Assembly (NCBI GenBank): GCA_050575255.1
Contig: JBNZDD010013685.1
Location: 5,141,517 to 5,205,516, forward strand
DNA: 64,000 bases
Source: Harriotta raleighana
Taxonomy: Eukaryota
Direction of reading: 5' to 3'
The notes under the pieces were generated by a model that was not told the origin of the DNA, made no database searches, and was given only the letters and a program-made list of their open reading frames with translations. This document shows positions 50,716 through 63,399 of the stretch, piece by piece. A program made the translations under genes and the position numbers. How positions within the stretch are numbered: position 1 is the first letter of the stretch; each line of letters starts with the position of its first letter.

Positions 50716-51384
50716 ATGTGTGAGGGTTTCTGTGGCCTAAAGTATGGTTGGACAATGCTGTGGAGAAAGTTGGAAGGCAATGCAAACCATGGCACAACAT
50801 GGGTGTTGTGGCTGAAAGCATCCTTGTACCTTAGGATATCCTCCTGATGTAACAGGCGCTGTACAAAAGTAAGTTGTTGTTTTAGTTGTTGCTGATGGAG
50901 GAGCGGAAAGATCGAGGAACTTGCAGATGATCTGAGCCAGTTGTGTGAAGGTATGTGGAGTGGAGTGGGGTGGGGTGTGGACATACACCAGGTAGATTTC
51001 TTTACCCATAGGTTAATTAATGACTGGAACCNTATGTGGAGTGGAGTGGGGCATACACCAGGTAGATTTCTTTACCCATAGGTTAATTAATGACTGGAAC
51101 CCAAAAAGGTCCATGGAATGGTGGGTGAGGGCAGAACGTTGGACTCATTTAAAAATAGCTAGATGTTATGAAGAGAAGCCAATAGAATGAGTATTTTGGA
51201 AATTTGAGTTGGAATGGGCTGAATTTACCTGATCCGAATTTATCTTGTATTCTTGCAGGTGTGAAGACAAATGATAGCTTCAATAGTAACATAAGAACAT
51301 AGGAGCAGGAGTAGACCATTCAGCGCCTTGAACCTGTTCCACACCAGAAACCCGTGCAACCCAACACTTATTGTGCTGTAAACA

Positions 51385-51507
51385 AAAAAAAGTACTCCAG
51401 ATGCATGAAATCTGGCATAAACATAGAAGTCGCTGGAGACATGCAGCAGGTCATGGAGAGATGAAAATTAGTTGAGGTTTCAGGTTTATGACGTTTCGTC
51501 AGAACTC
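51385..51507 (-). mobile_element. Single-arm Penelope-like remnant
   Basis: Homologous to 7885-8000 (AGATGC..AAATCTG...GCTGGA...GCAGGTCA...GTTTCAGGT); minus strand reads CTGACGA...GAAAC. Confidence 0.55.
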
Positions 51508-51992
51508 AAATATCGCCAGAACCTATCATTCTGTTTCATTTTAAAAATGACACTATCCCATCTCTGGCGAAAAATGACAACCCATATGCTGCATTGCTGA
51601 GCGAAAGTACTATGCTGCCTTGAATTTAGAAAGACTATGCTTTTGCTTGGCTTTCATTCTACTGTATTTGGAAGCACTCATCACCAGATGGTCTGATAGC
51701 TTGTAGCAGTTATTGCTAACATTTACAAGCAGAATAAGTATTGCAAATCCCAAGGCTCACTCAAATCTGCTAGTGCAGAATACAGAGTACATTACCAGTG
51801 AGCTGTTTGTCAGTATAAAATGATTTAGGTCTACTACCTCATCTTCCACTCTATTTGAGTCCTATTACATGAACAAAGAGTTACTGATCCTAGCACCTCT
51901 TGCGCATCATTGTTACATCTTTATTGGACAGGCAGCAAGATATAATCTTGGATGTACAAACAGGCCTCCGACTAAAGTGATGATAGCATTGA

Positions 51993-53198
51993 GTTGATGA
52001 GGGAAATGTGGTGGACGTTACTTACATGGATTTCAAAAAGGCTTTTGACACAGTACCACATAAGAGATTAATAAAAAAATTAGAGGCCCACGGTATCAAG
52101 GGGACAGTGGCAGTTTGGATTAAGAACTGGCTGAGTGACAGAAAACAGAGGGTGGTGGTTAATGGAAGGAGGTGTGCAGCGGTGTCCCCCAGGGATCGGT
52201 ATTGGGACCACTGCTCTTTCTAATATATATTAATGATCTAGACTTGGGCATAGAGAGCACTAAGTTTGCAGATGATACAAAGTTAGGTAGGGTAGTAAAT
52301 AATGAGGAGGACTGTAACCAACTGCAAGCAGACATACACAGAATGGTGGAATGGGCTGACATGGGCAGATGGATTTCAATGTGGATAAGTGTGAGGTGAT
52401 ACACTAAGGTAGGAAAAATGATAGGAGGCAATGTAGACTTGGTAGCTCAATCTTAAGGGGAGTGAACGTACAGAGAGATCTGGGTGTTCAAGTAAGCAAA
52501 TCATTAAAGGTAGCAGGACAGGTAGATAAGGCAGTAAAAATTTGGTGTACTGAGCTTTATTAGTAGGGGCATAGAATTTAAGAATAGGGAGGTTATGGTT
52601 AATCTATACAAAACACTGGTTAGGCCTCAGCTGGAGTACTGCATCCAGTTCTGGGCACCTTACTTCAGGAAGGACATTAAGGCACTGGAAAGGGTGCAGA
52701 GGAGATTCATGAGAATTATACCAGGAATGGGAAACCTTAGCTATGAGGACAGGCTGGAGAAGTTAGAACTTTTCCCATTAGAGCAGAGAAGGTTATGCGG
52801 GGCCCTGATAGAGGTCTTCAAGATCATGAAAGGTTTCGACCGGCTAGATAGGGAAAAGCTGTTTCAGCTGGTAGGTGTGTCTGTGACCCGAGGTCACAGT
52901 CTTAAGATATCTACCAAAAGAAGCAGAGGGGAGGTTAGAAGAAATTTTTTCACTCAGCGAGTTGTTCGAATTTGGAATGATCTGCCTGAAAGGATAGTGA
53001 GGTCCGATTCGATAGCAGCTTTTAAGAGAGAACTGGATAGGTATCTGGGGAAGACGGGTTTTGCAGGGTTATGGGGAGAAAGCTGGTGATTGGGGTTAAT
53101 GAAAGTGACATTGCTCTGTCAAAGAGCCGGCACAGACTCGATGGGCCGAATGGCCTCTTTCTGTGCCGTAACATACTATGATTCTATGATTCTATGAT
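51993..53198 (+). mobile_element. 5'-truncated CR1 LINE: reverse transcriptase domain to 3' end, frameshifted
   Basis: VDVTYMDFKKAFDTVPH, SGVPQGSVLGPLLFLIYINDL, KFADDTKL, LYKTLVRPQLEYCIQFWAP, TRGHSLK, FFTQRVVRIWNDLP; tail (ATTCTATG)n. Confidence 0.95.
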
Positions 53199-54214
53199 AA
53201 GTGCTTTGAGACGTCTCAAAGACATGTTAAGGTGATATATCAAATGCAAGGATTATTATTATTTTTCCCACCTAACAGTACTGAGAATGCAAACCTGTTT
53301 GACCACATGTCGTGTAATTTCTAGGAATTTCTCCCATTCTGTCCCATTGCCAAGAAAAACGCACTTTGAACTGGGTTTTCACAGAAATTACAGCATAGGA
53401 TGTCAATGTTAAACATCCCATGATACCATTCAAGAAAAAAAAGTGAATTTCTCCCAGTTGTTATTCTAGATTAATTGGCCATTCACCTCATGTTTTCTGT
53501 TTTTTGTTGTTGTGTTGAACCTGGCTGCCCACAAAACTGTTACTACTGTGGATAGGAATTAACTGTTATGTTCCAAGAGATGTTGTAATATCCCAAGTGC
53601 TATATAGAATTCAAGGATTATTATTACAAAGAACTAGGGACCAGCTGAAGCAAGTAAGAAATGAAGAGAAACAGTGCCAATACGCTCAGATATCCCAAAA
53701 TGGCAGGACAAGAGAGCACGGGTTCATGGAGGCTGTAAAAGGCATTTGAAAGTCAGACTTTTGGTGATGTTTCTTTCCACAGCATTTAATTACATTTCGT
53801 CCATTCGTAAATTAACTTTATAGTATATTCTGTGAAGGCGCTTTGGGGTGTCTCAAAGATGTGATCATGTACTATATAAAATCAGGGGATTATTATTATT
53901 ATCAATCAACGACTGAAACAAGTTATCAAGAAGAGTGGTAGAGGCCAGAACAGATCATTTAAGATCCAGGTTGATTCTGGAAAGACAGTCAATTTTATAT
54001 TCTGGAGTGATGAGATCAAATAGATCAAAGGTCCTTCTCCATCTCTCCCTCTGCTGAGTCATATTGTATGACAACCACAACTATCATTGAACTTTACCCA
54101 GATTTGGGATTCACTGGATGATTAAATCATATTTTTGTTTGCTAACAGCTGTTGAATATCTCTGTCTCTCAATCTAATGGACTCCTGTAGTCTTACAAGT
54201 GAGAGTTATGGGTT

Positions 54215-54915
54215 AAATCCACGACTGTTTGTGGGACGCTACTATGCGCAATTGGCTGCCGTGCTTCTCTTGCATATATACAGCCAATTCACTTTCCAGT
54301 ATATTCTGTGAAGCGCTTTGAGTCATCTAGAAGATGTGAAAAGTACTACAGTAAACGTTCGGTAGAACGGCGTCCTCGGAGATTGGGAGATGCTGTTCTT
54401 TCAAATTTTCCGTTATCTCAAAAGTGACTCTTTATACAAATTGGTCTGTTTTTTTTTAGAGAGGTAAAAGCTTTTTTTTTAAGCGGCAAAAGCTTTTTTC
54501 TAGCGTTTTAAAAGCCCGTTTCTTTTGCTGCGACCCAAATTAGCCTCCCGCCACCAGAGGACGATATGCTCAGTTCAGCCAAAACGTTATCTCTTTTGTG
54601 GACGTCAGAAATTCAGTACAATTGCACAAAATCAAAAGGTGGAATAAGGTATTTTTTAAAAAGAAGTAATTTACATGCTATGCACAGCGTATATTATGTA
54701 TAGCACAGTCTAGTGCTATGTATTTATATATTATATATAAATGTATTTCTATAACATACATATATCTACTGGATGTTGCTGTGAAACTCTCTGCCACCAC
54801 GTGTCAGTGCCGTTTTGGAAAAGGAGGGCTTTTCAAAAATGCTGTTAGCTCGAATGTGCCGTTCTTTCGAAAGTTTACTGGTATGTCAAATGCAAGCATT
54901 ATTGTTGTTATTATT
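54215..54915 (+). mobile_element. Headless SINE hosting a MITE in its tail
   Basis: Body 54215-54348 ends GATGTGAAAAGTACTA; resumes TATGTCAAATGCAAGCATTATT at 54882. Confidence 0.8.
54349..54880. mobile_element. pogo/Tigger-like (Tc1-mariner) MITE, 532 bp
   Basis: 23-bp TIRs CAGTAAACGTTCGGTAGAACGGC / GCCGTTCTTTCGAAAGTTTACTG (3 mismatches); TA on the left and gTA on the right; no coding capacity. Confidence 0.85.
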
Positions 54916-56074
54916 AGTAAGATGCTCACTGTCAGGAATTAAATGGTTAGGAAGTAGTGAACTGAACAGGCTGAGATATCATTTTATTTTGGCCAGAAAT
55001 GCTACATTCCTCTGAAAGAAAGGTGTGAGTGAGTTCTTCTTCAAATTATAAAGGCCAGCTGGTAATTTATTCCAACTGAAAAAAAATCTTGATATTTAGC
55101 GTGGAGTTCGATGATTGTGATAGTATAATAAATGCATCTTGTACCTACCCTGGAAATAAGATTAGATAATTCAAGATCCAGTGGCTAAAATCCATTGATG
55201 CCTTTGGATGCTTATGAATTTGGCAGTTAGGTTGAGGTTAGAAAGTGATGACAGCAATGTAATTAAACCTGCTGAGAAATATTCCAAACCAAGTTCAATG
55301 GGGAGCTTGAGGCTCGGCACTTTGGACCAACACTGGCCTTGATCGCTATGTTGAGACTGGAACAGAGCCTGTTTTCTGCCAATATTGATGAGAACTGTGA
55401 AGAGTAGTATCAAATCAGTGTGTAGAGTATTTTCATTAGAGTGTAAAATGAGAAATTATATTGTGTAACATAGAATATAATAAATATAAGGGTGCAGTAC
55501 ATTAAAAGCCCACCCTTTAATGGTTAACTGATACACATGTATGGAAAATGTGTTCTGCAGNGAAAATGAGAAATTATATTGTGTAACATAGAATATAATA
55601 AATATAAGGGTGCAGTACATTAAAAGCTCACCCTTTAATGGTTAACTGATACACATGTATGGAAAATGTGTTCTGCAGATTAAAGAATGAATTCTGCAGA
55701 AGTTTACAAAATGTGGACTTCTAATGAAGCGGTTCAGTTTATTTGCAATGATGGAAATTGTTCAGACGAAGGACGTGCCAAGAAGAATAGAAACAAGAAA
55801 TAGTCTTTTCCCCTTTCAGGGATGTTAACCTCTGATAAAATGTCAAAATGTAGCCTGAATCTGTCTCTCTGGTTGCTGGCTCCATTTGAATTATTGTATC
55901 TACAGACATCTATTTGTTATGTGCTTCTAGTTAGTATTGACATGTTTGTTTGCGAGGTTGGTGTTTTTCCCTTTTGTACGTCAGCAGATAGTAGCGGGTG
56001 ATGGGTGGGGGTTGCTAAAAATTGCCAGTTGTCATGGGAAAAATAATTTTGGGACATGAGAGGTTACGAGTGAT

Positions 56075-56230
56075 GTGGTGGAGGCTGGATGAAATCAAAA
56101 GGCTTGATATTGGCCACTGTTCTGTTCAACATTATGCTGCAATATAGTACAATTTACATGTCTCTACATTTGTTTCTCATCAATGTCAGATCTGATGGGA
56201 AGGGGCTGGTATTTATAACTGGAGGGTGAT
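56075..56230 (+). mobile_element. Probable RTE-clade LINE reverse transcriptase relic
   Basis: GGATGAAATCAAAAGGCTTGATATTGGCCACTGTTCTGTTCAACATT resembles GVKQGCVLAPTLFxI; AATGTCAGATCTGATGGGAAG resembles (Y)RTDGK. Confidence 0.4.
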
Positions 56231-56711
56231 GCCAGAGGTTTGCCAGTCAATATACTTCATTGAAGCAAGTTGCGACTTCCCAAGATTCTAAGTGCTATGC
56301 TAAATCCAGCTATCATGTTTATTAAAATGGTAGTGTTTTGCAATTTTTATTACCATCTCTTGTGATCACACAATAAAGCTGTCTTATTTACAAAGAAGAT
56401 TGACTGTGGTGTAGTACAAATCTCAAAGACCAGAAATTAAACTCATCTTTCCACACTTGCCTGTTTTACTTTTCCGAACATTTGTTCCACTTTCAAAACT
56501 TTGACCCCAGATCAAGCCATTTAAAGAAACTTTAATGAACACTTTTCCACTCAACAACAAAATTACATTTGTATATTGCATTTCACGTTGGGTGGACAAT
56601 CCAAGGCACTGTCACTCATATTGTAAATATCTTAAAATAAATCCCAATGGGCATGAACATGTTGTTTGGTTGTCTTGGGCTTTGTGGCTAAGAGTAATGG
56701 TTGTTATAAAT

Positions 56712-57200
56712 AAGAACATAGGAACAGGAGTAGGCCATTCGGCTCTTTGAGGCTATTCTGCCATTTAATTATAGATCATGGCTGATCTGTTCCTCAACTA
56801 ATCTTTTCAATTACAATTTCCCGCTTTCTCCCCATATCCATTAATACAGTACCCTGAACTATCAAAAATCTATCAACTTCACTCTTGAAGGTGAGGATGG
56901 ATCCAGCATCTACAAACTTTTGGGGAGGAGAATTTCGGATTTCTACTACTCTTTGAGTGAAAAAATGCTTTCTGGTTTCACTCTTAAATGGCTTGTTTCT
57001 AATGTTAAAACACACACTTGTTTTGGATTTGCCCACCAGAGGCAATAGCTTCTCTGAATCTATGCTAACAAATCCCTTTATCATCATAAATACCTCAATC
57101 AAATCACCCCTCAGCCTTCTGATCTCAAGGGAATACAATCCAAATTTACACAGCCTTCCTTGTAACTTAACCTTTTAGGTCTGTTAACATTTTGGTGAGC
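56712..57200 (-). mobile_element. CR1 LINE 3' end
   Basis: Minus ORF YSLEIRRLRGDLIEVF...RKHFFTQRVVEIRNS; 3'UTR (plus strand) AAGAACATAGGAACAGGAGTAGGCCATTC. Confidence 0.88.
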
Positions 57201-57549
57201 TAGCACTCTCAGACAACAGTTACAAAATTGCATTTATACAGTGCCTTTCACATCAGGAGGACGTCTCGAAAGCTGAAAAATTGTAGACTTATTTCACCTT
57301 TAAGTATATCTAATGGTTGCCTTCGGACGTCCTCCCAATGTGAAAGACACTATATAAATGTAAATTTGTTATATTGTATTGATCATAAAATATTTCATGT
57401 TGGAAAACAATTAAATGTCGAATCATTTAATAATTTTCTATTTGAATCCAATTGGTCACTTCAGTTACACATTTGTTGTGATGCATTTACCATCAAGTTT
57501 TTTTTGATGAGAGGACTCTCTTTTGATGAGAGATAAGAGCAAAAGAAAA

Positions 57550-57780
57550 ACTTATGAACATTTTTTTCACACAGAGGAATCCCTGCCAAGTATAGGGGAA
57601 GAGCAAAGTCCTTCTTGGGTTTCAAGAGGTAAGTAGACAAAGATTTGGAAGAAAAATGCTTGAAGAGGTTTGGGGATAGGGAGGCAGTGAGATTGAATGG
57701 GCAGCTTGTTCTGAGAGTTGATGGAGACTTAATGGCCCAAATGATTTCCTATTGCTGGGCAAATTCCTATGATTCTAACT
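57550..57780 (+). mobile_element. CR1 3' end, decayed
   Basis: TTTTTCACACAGAG...TTTCAAGAGG...ATGGCCCAAATG...TTCCTATGATTCTA. Confidence 0.55.
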
Positions 57781-58109
57781 CCCTGTAAAGAAGTTTTGCT
57801 GTACATACTTCTTTAGCATAACAGCAACCATAAGACAAGAAAATTCAGAAGTCATATTAGAAAGTCAGAACCCTCAGTGCTTTATCTTTTTACACCATCT
57901 GTTTGCAATGTATATCCTTTGTGTAATTAAGTCCCACATTTATATGCAATCTTAAATTTCGAGACAAAGTGGCTTCATCAGCTAAGAGTAGCTTGAATTT
58001 TGAGCCTTACATGATTATGACAGTTGTTTCATTTGATACAGTTCTTAAAATGTTAAGGAGGTTTCAAAGTGCTCATAGTAATTGCTGTGAAGAATAATGA
58101 ATGTTATTT

Positions 58110-58925
58110 AGAATCAAAGAAATTTACAACCCAGAAGAAGGTCATTTAGTCCATGTGTAGGCCATCGGTGCCAGCTCCCTCAAAAGCAATCCTTTTAGTT
58201 CCATTTACTTGCCCTTTCCCCAAATCACTGCAGCTAATTATTCTTAAAAGTATTTGTCTAGTTCCCTCTTGAAATCCAATATAGATTCTGCCTCAAACAC
58301 TGCTTCTGGAAGGGCATTCCATATCCTAATTATTCTCTGGGTGAAGAAATTTCTCCTTACTATTTATCATTTCCATTTGCTCATTTACTAACTATCTTAA
58401 ATCAATGCCCTCTAGTTACTGACTCATTGACCAATGGAACTTTTTTTTCCTATTGATTCTATCAAAATATCTCAGAATTTTAAAGACCTCTACCACGTCA
58501 CTCCTCAATCTTCTTTGTTCCAACAAAAAGTTTCAGTTCTTTTAGTCTCCACCCCAAATCCAAACCACTCATTACCCAGGATCATCTGGGTAAATCTCCT
58601 CTGCAGTCCCTGTATCATCTTGGCATCTTTTTGACAGTGGGGTGATCAATACTGAACGCGATATTCTAACATCTAACTAATGATTTATGTGAGTTTAGCA
58701 TCATTCTTTCCTTTTATATTCTTTACCTCTATTAAAGATTCCTTAAGCATTTTTGACAGTTTTGTCCACCTTTAAGGATTTATGTACATTAACACCCAAA
58801 ATATTTTGCTGTTACACTCATTTTAATATTTTACTAATCAACGTATACTTGTTTTCCTTATTCTTCCTCACGAAATGCATAACCTGACATTTGTCCTCAT
58901 TAAATCCATTTGTCATTTCTTTGCC
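58110..58925 (-). mobile_element. CR1 LINE 3' about 0.8 kb, decayed
   Basis: GGGCATTCCATATCCTAATTATTCTCTGGGTGAAGAAATTTCTCCT (RRNFFTQRIIRIWNAL on minus); TAGAATC tail. Confidence 0.75.
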
Positions 58926-60984
58926 ATTCAGACTAATGGAACCAGTGTTCAAGATCTTCATCCTTCCTCTTTGACTGGTCATCTCTCCCACCTCTCTTGG
59001 CTCCCACCTATCAATTCAGGTACCAAGCCATGCTCACCAACTATGACTTTCCGATGAAAGGCGCTTTTTTAAATTGAATTTATATTGTATTGTGAAATGA
59101 AAATATTTTTCAGAGAGTCAGCACTGGCACAGGGAGGCAAATGGCCTCCTGCACTATTAATTCCTATGGTTTTATGTTTGTTCTGATTAATATCATATTC
59201 CCATTTCATCCGCAGTTTTTCCAATGGAAGAAGAACTCTGTGCCTCACTAAGATGTCTGAGATGTCCTCCCGACGTGAAAGGCACTAGAAAATGGAATGT
59301 TGTTGTTGTTTTCTCCACTACAGGGGCATCTCAGTGTGAAGCTCAAAATGGTGTCAAAAACTTTTAAAAAATAATTGTTTCAGGGTAAAAACGCTTATGA
59401 ATTAGCTCAAAAAAAAAATCTTTAGAATGATGAACAGAAAGTGTTCCTTTCTAAGCTCTGGGTTAATGCAGTAACACCTTGTATTAAACCGAGTTGGTTA
59501 AGGGAAAAAAATATAGATTCAGGACAGATAAAATCATAATTAAATTTTACAAAAATTTTGTATTAGAAACACATTTTTTTTAATAAGGTTAATAACCCCA
59601 ACTGTAGGCAGACTTTGATGGACAGAATGTATTTGAATACATTATTTATGAAAAAATCTCTGCTCCCTCTGTACCATTTCCCAACTATTACTAGACTTAT
59701 AAAATACTAATTAGCTCTTCTCACATGTGTGATAGTACTTTTTTCACCACGTTTGACTGTTCATCACATCACGTGCATAAATAGAGCCTTGCAGTCAGAC
59801 CCACTCAGATCAAAGCATTAAATTGTCTTGCAACAGAAGGTCCCTCAGTCTGGCTGGACTCTGACAACCACTGCCTCTTTGATCAAACCCCTATCAGCCC
59901 TAACAGGCACTGCTCTTTTGTCTGGGACAGGAAATGAGACAACAGATAATTCCCCTTTGCTCTTATAGTGCTCTGTGGTTCCCATCAGTAGATGGTCTTT
60001 TTAATATGTGCAATGAGCTCCTTATTCCATTGTTAATTAAAACTGATTTGTGTATGATATTTTGCTTGGGATATTAGCCTTACTGTGCTTTTCAGCATGA
60101 TGCTGTGTTTGCTGCCTTTGTTTAGGTTTAATATAATCATATTGTATGATGCATTGTCATAGGAATGAGTATTCTGTGTTCATTTTAAAAAAAACCTTCT
60201 ATCTTCACCCAGCTTCAGTTTCTGTTGATTTAGTGCTTTTACTGGAATGATAAGATATTGAAAAACAGGACAATTGCAAGTCCCAAAAATGGCGATTCCA
60301 ACTGAGTACAGTATTTTTTGTTGTTGTTGTGAGTTTTCGCCTCTCTCACTTGTTGCATCTATTTTAGGGGTTCCCCTCCAAGCTCCCATTCACCCCTCAC
60401 CCCATTCCACTTGAACCCTTTGGAATACTCAACTCCTTTTATATTTACAGTTTCACATCTTCTCTCTTGAAGATTGGTTGTTCTTCCTTGTGTGGTTATT
60501 TGTGTGGTTATTCTTAATGTATGAGCTCAATTAGGGATTGTTGGCAGGCTATTGAATGATGGACACTGATCTTGGAATTGTCACTTGATGAGTTTACATT
60601 TTCTAGTTGCTTTGGATACAGTCAGTCAGTTCAGCAATAATGAGGCGTTTAAACCTCGGGTATTACTGGTCAGTATGGCCTGATATTGAATCAGGTTGGT
60701 TATTCACCCACCCTTCTCTGTTTTATGGTTTGCAATTTTCACCTAGTCCATGCCAGCAGCGCTGCAGAGAAGATACACAATATTAGGTCAGGGCTGAATC
60801 CCTCCAGCTTTCCCCTCTGTGTTTCTGGCTGGTCTCTGCTCCACACTCCCTTTACAGATATGATTAATGTGGATTAACGTGGATTAAGACACTGGAGCTC
60901 CTAAATGCTGCCAACCTGGACACAGTAACAATAACAAGAGAATGAAAATTGCAACCAGTGTTGTATTAATGTTTTTAGATGAAA

Positions 60985-61345
60985 GCCAGGCTCATTTGGT
61001 TCTTGCCTCTGAATCAAAAGGTTTGGGCTCAAACCCCATGTGGGGACTTTGAACTAACAGTCCTAACAGTGTGCAATGTTGAATGTGCTGTCCTTCAGTT
61101 GAGACATTAAACTGAGGTCCCATCTGCCTGTTCCGATGGACATTGCAGATTCCATGACACTATTCAAAACAACATATTTTCTGGTGTCCTAGCCAACAAT
61201 CATCCAGATTGGTCATTTATTTTGTGACTGCGTGTAGGACATTATGGTCTGAATTCCTCACTACAAATTACAGTAAATTATGTGAAGCTCTTCGAGACAA
61301 TTCCGTACTGTGATAAGGTACACATCAAATGTACAGATTATCACA
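60985..61345 (+). mobile_element. Near-full Deu-domain SINE
   Basis: GGCTCATTTGG...GCCTCTGAATCAAAAGG head; GAGACATTAAACTGAGGTCCCATCTGCCTGTTC...CCATGACACTATTC...CTGGTGTCCTAGCCAAC; tail. Confidence 0.75.
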
Positions 61346-61644
61346 TGCAAGGATTAAATAAAACTTGATTCTATGTTTTTTTTCTCAATCAACTTGTCCT
61401 GTGATAATAGCATGCTATGGTTTGTGATGGATTGATTACAGAATTTTAATTATAAATGCCATGAATACAGCTTTCAAAGTCAGCTCAAATAATGTTTCAG
61501 TAAGTTCTGTACATTTTACAAAATATTGTTTGTAAACATATACTTTGGCTCCAGACGTCTTTTCAGAACTTTGACTACAAAATAAATGAATTGATATAGC
61601 AATTTAAAATGAAACTTATGCGCTGAAAAACTGAAATATAAGAG

Positions 61645-61925
61645 GTTAAAATGAGGTTCCACCTGCCTTGTTCAGGTGGATGTTAAAGATTTCATGGCAT
61701 TCAAAAAGAGAAGTGAGTTTCTCCTGGTGTTCTTGCCAACAATCCCCCAGATAAAATTGGTGATTCAAATCATAGTTTTTGTGGGACATTGCTGTGTGCC
61801 AATTTGCTGCCTCATTCACCTGCAAAGTAGAGTCACTGCATTTACCAGTAAAATCCAGTGAAGCGCTTTGAAAGATCCTCCTGACATGAAAGGCACTATA
61901 TTAAGTGCCAAGATTATTAGATTAA
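61645..61925 (+). mobile_element. Deu-domain SINE (Deu core and tail)
   Basis: GTTCAGGTGGATGTTAAAGATTTCATGGCA...CTCCTGGTGTTCTTGCCAAC...GTGGGACATTGCTGTGTGCC...GTGAAGCGCTTTG. Confidence 0.8.
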
Positions 61926-62946
61926 TAATAAAAATAGAAATGCTAAAATTGTGCAGTTAATCAATCAGCACCTAAAGGAAAAAGCCAGGTGAATGTACGT
62001 CATTCTTTGTCAAAGCTGGATTCGATTAATGCATGTTTTTCAAGCTCTAAGTCAAGAAATGTGAGCAAATATGCCAAGCCTCCAATATTTAATACAAGAA
62101 AATATTACAAGTAAAAATATAACCTCCTGTAATAAAAAAGGCCCTATTTATACATATTTATAATAAAGGAGATAAGAGAACTTTTGTTTTGACGTGCCTA
62201 CCACAATATTTTGAGATGCTGAGTTACAAGTGATTATCTTTAAATCACTGTTTCCATTTATTTCGATAGACCAGTGTGCAAAATTGCCTTGACTTTGTTG
62301 ACACTGCAGCAGTTGTAGGCTGTCAATTCTGCATGAAAATTTTAAACAGGGCTCGAAGCATGAAACAAATTGCCTTAATAACCGTCAAAACATCTTTCTT
62401 CAGTGGCAACATTTCAGCTTTCTGCATAAACAGCCAGGCTATTTCATGATTTCAATTGAAAAATATGAAAGAGGCCTGACTTCTCTTCCCCCAGTCCCTA
62501 GTCTTTCATAGGGAGATAAGCAATAAAGGAATTGTTAAGCAAATTCCACATTACCATAAAAAGGGAGGTTTTTATGCAGAATCAGCCCTCTCAAACAAAG
62601 ATGTATATCGGTATCCTTTTAAAGTAATATATATCAGTTCTCCCTCATAAAAGTAAAGAATTTCCAGATACTGTATCCATGCTTTCAAAGTAAATCGTTG
62701 CAAATTCATATGAGGTTTTATGTAAACACAGTCAAGCACCGGATAAATTAGCTCGTGAGCGAATGAGGTTATTAGCATTTTCTAGATTGATATATCAACA
62801 GTGGCAATATAACTAAAACTCATGCACCTTCAGAAATCATTTGCTCAGGACGCGGGTGCCTGGATGCATTACAGAGCAACATTTGTACTGAAATCAAATC
62901 TGGCAGCAGGGAGCAGATTGAGCCTGTCATGAGCATTCCAAGAAAT

Positions 62947-63029
62947 GTTGTTTTAGGCAGTCTCCCCAGCAAGGTCTTCACATAAAACTAGTTTTCTTGC
63001 AGATCCTGCTAACGACTGCCTAAAACAAC
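62947..63029. repeat. 83-nt inverted repeat (hairpin)
   Basis: GTTGTTTTAGGCAGTC (62947-62962) is the exact reverse complement of GACTGCCTAAAACAAC (63014-63029); inner stem AGCAAGGTCT/AGATCCTGCT; central palindrome AAAACTAGTTTT. Confidence 0.85.
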
Positions 63030-63399
63030 CTTCACTCCAAACATTGCCTCGCATGATTACTCGTTTATTTATTAGCTTTTGCAATTTGTTCTTCTTTAGA
63101 AAAATGTCCCTCAGCCTTGAGCATTTTAATTCCAGAGGACATCAGCTCACTCGGACACACAAACACAACAAACCAACCAGGGGGCTGCTGTTGAGGGAAT
63201 CTACAATGGTCCTACCAATTTGGAAGCTAAGAGCTGATTTGATGCTGCTGTTACTTTCCTTCTCATCCATAGACCTCCCACTGCCTTCAATGTGCTTGAT
63301 AACACAAACCAAACTGGGAGTTTGAAGTCCAGGGAGGATTTTATGTTTCAGTGTCAGTATAGTCTGTGCTATAGGCTTGTTCATTTTTAGTAACAAGCA

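Noticed and set aside
52008-53089. Functional reverse transcriptase gene or novel RT system
   Set aside because: Ordinary 5'-truncated CR1 split over three frames with deletions.
55149-55413. Minus-strand exon or 80-aa ORF
   Set aside because: No recognisable homology, and a stop precedes the candidate donor site.
62787-62798. Palindrome TTGATATATCAA
   Set aside because: A short AT-rich palindrome, expected by chance.
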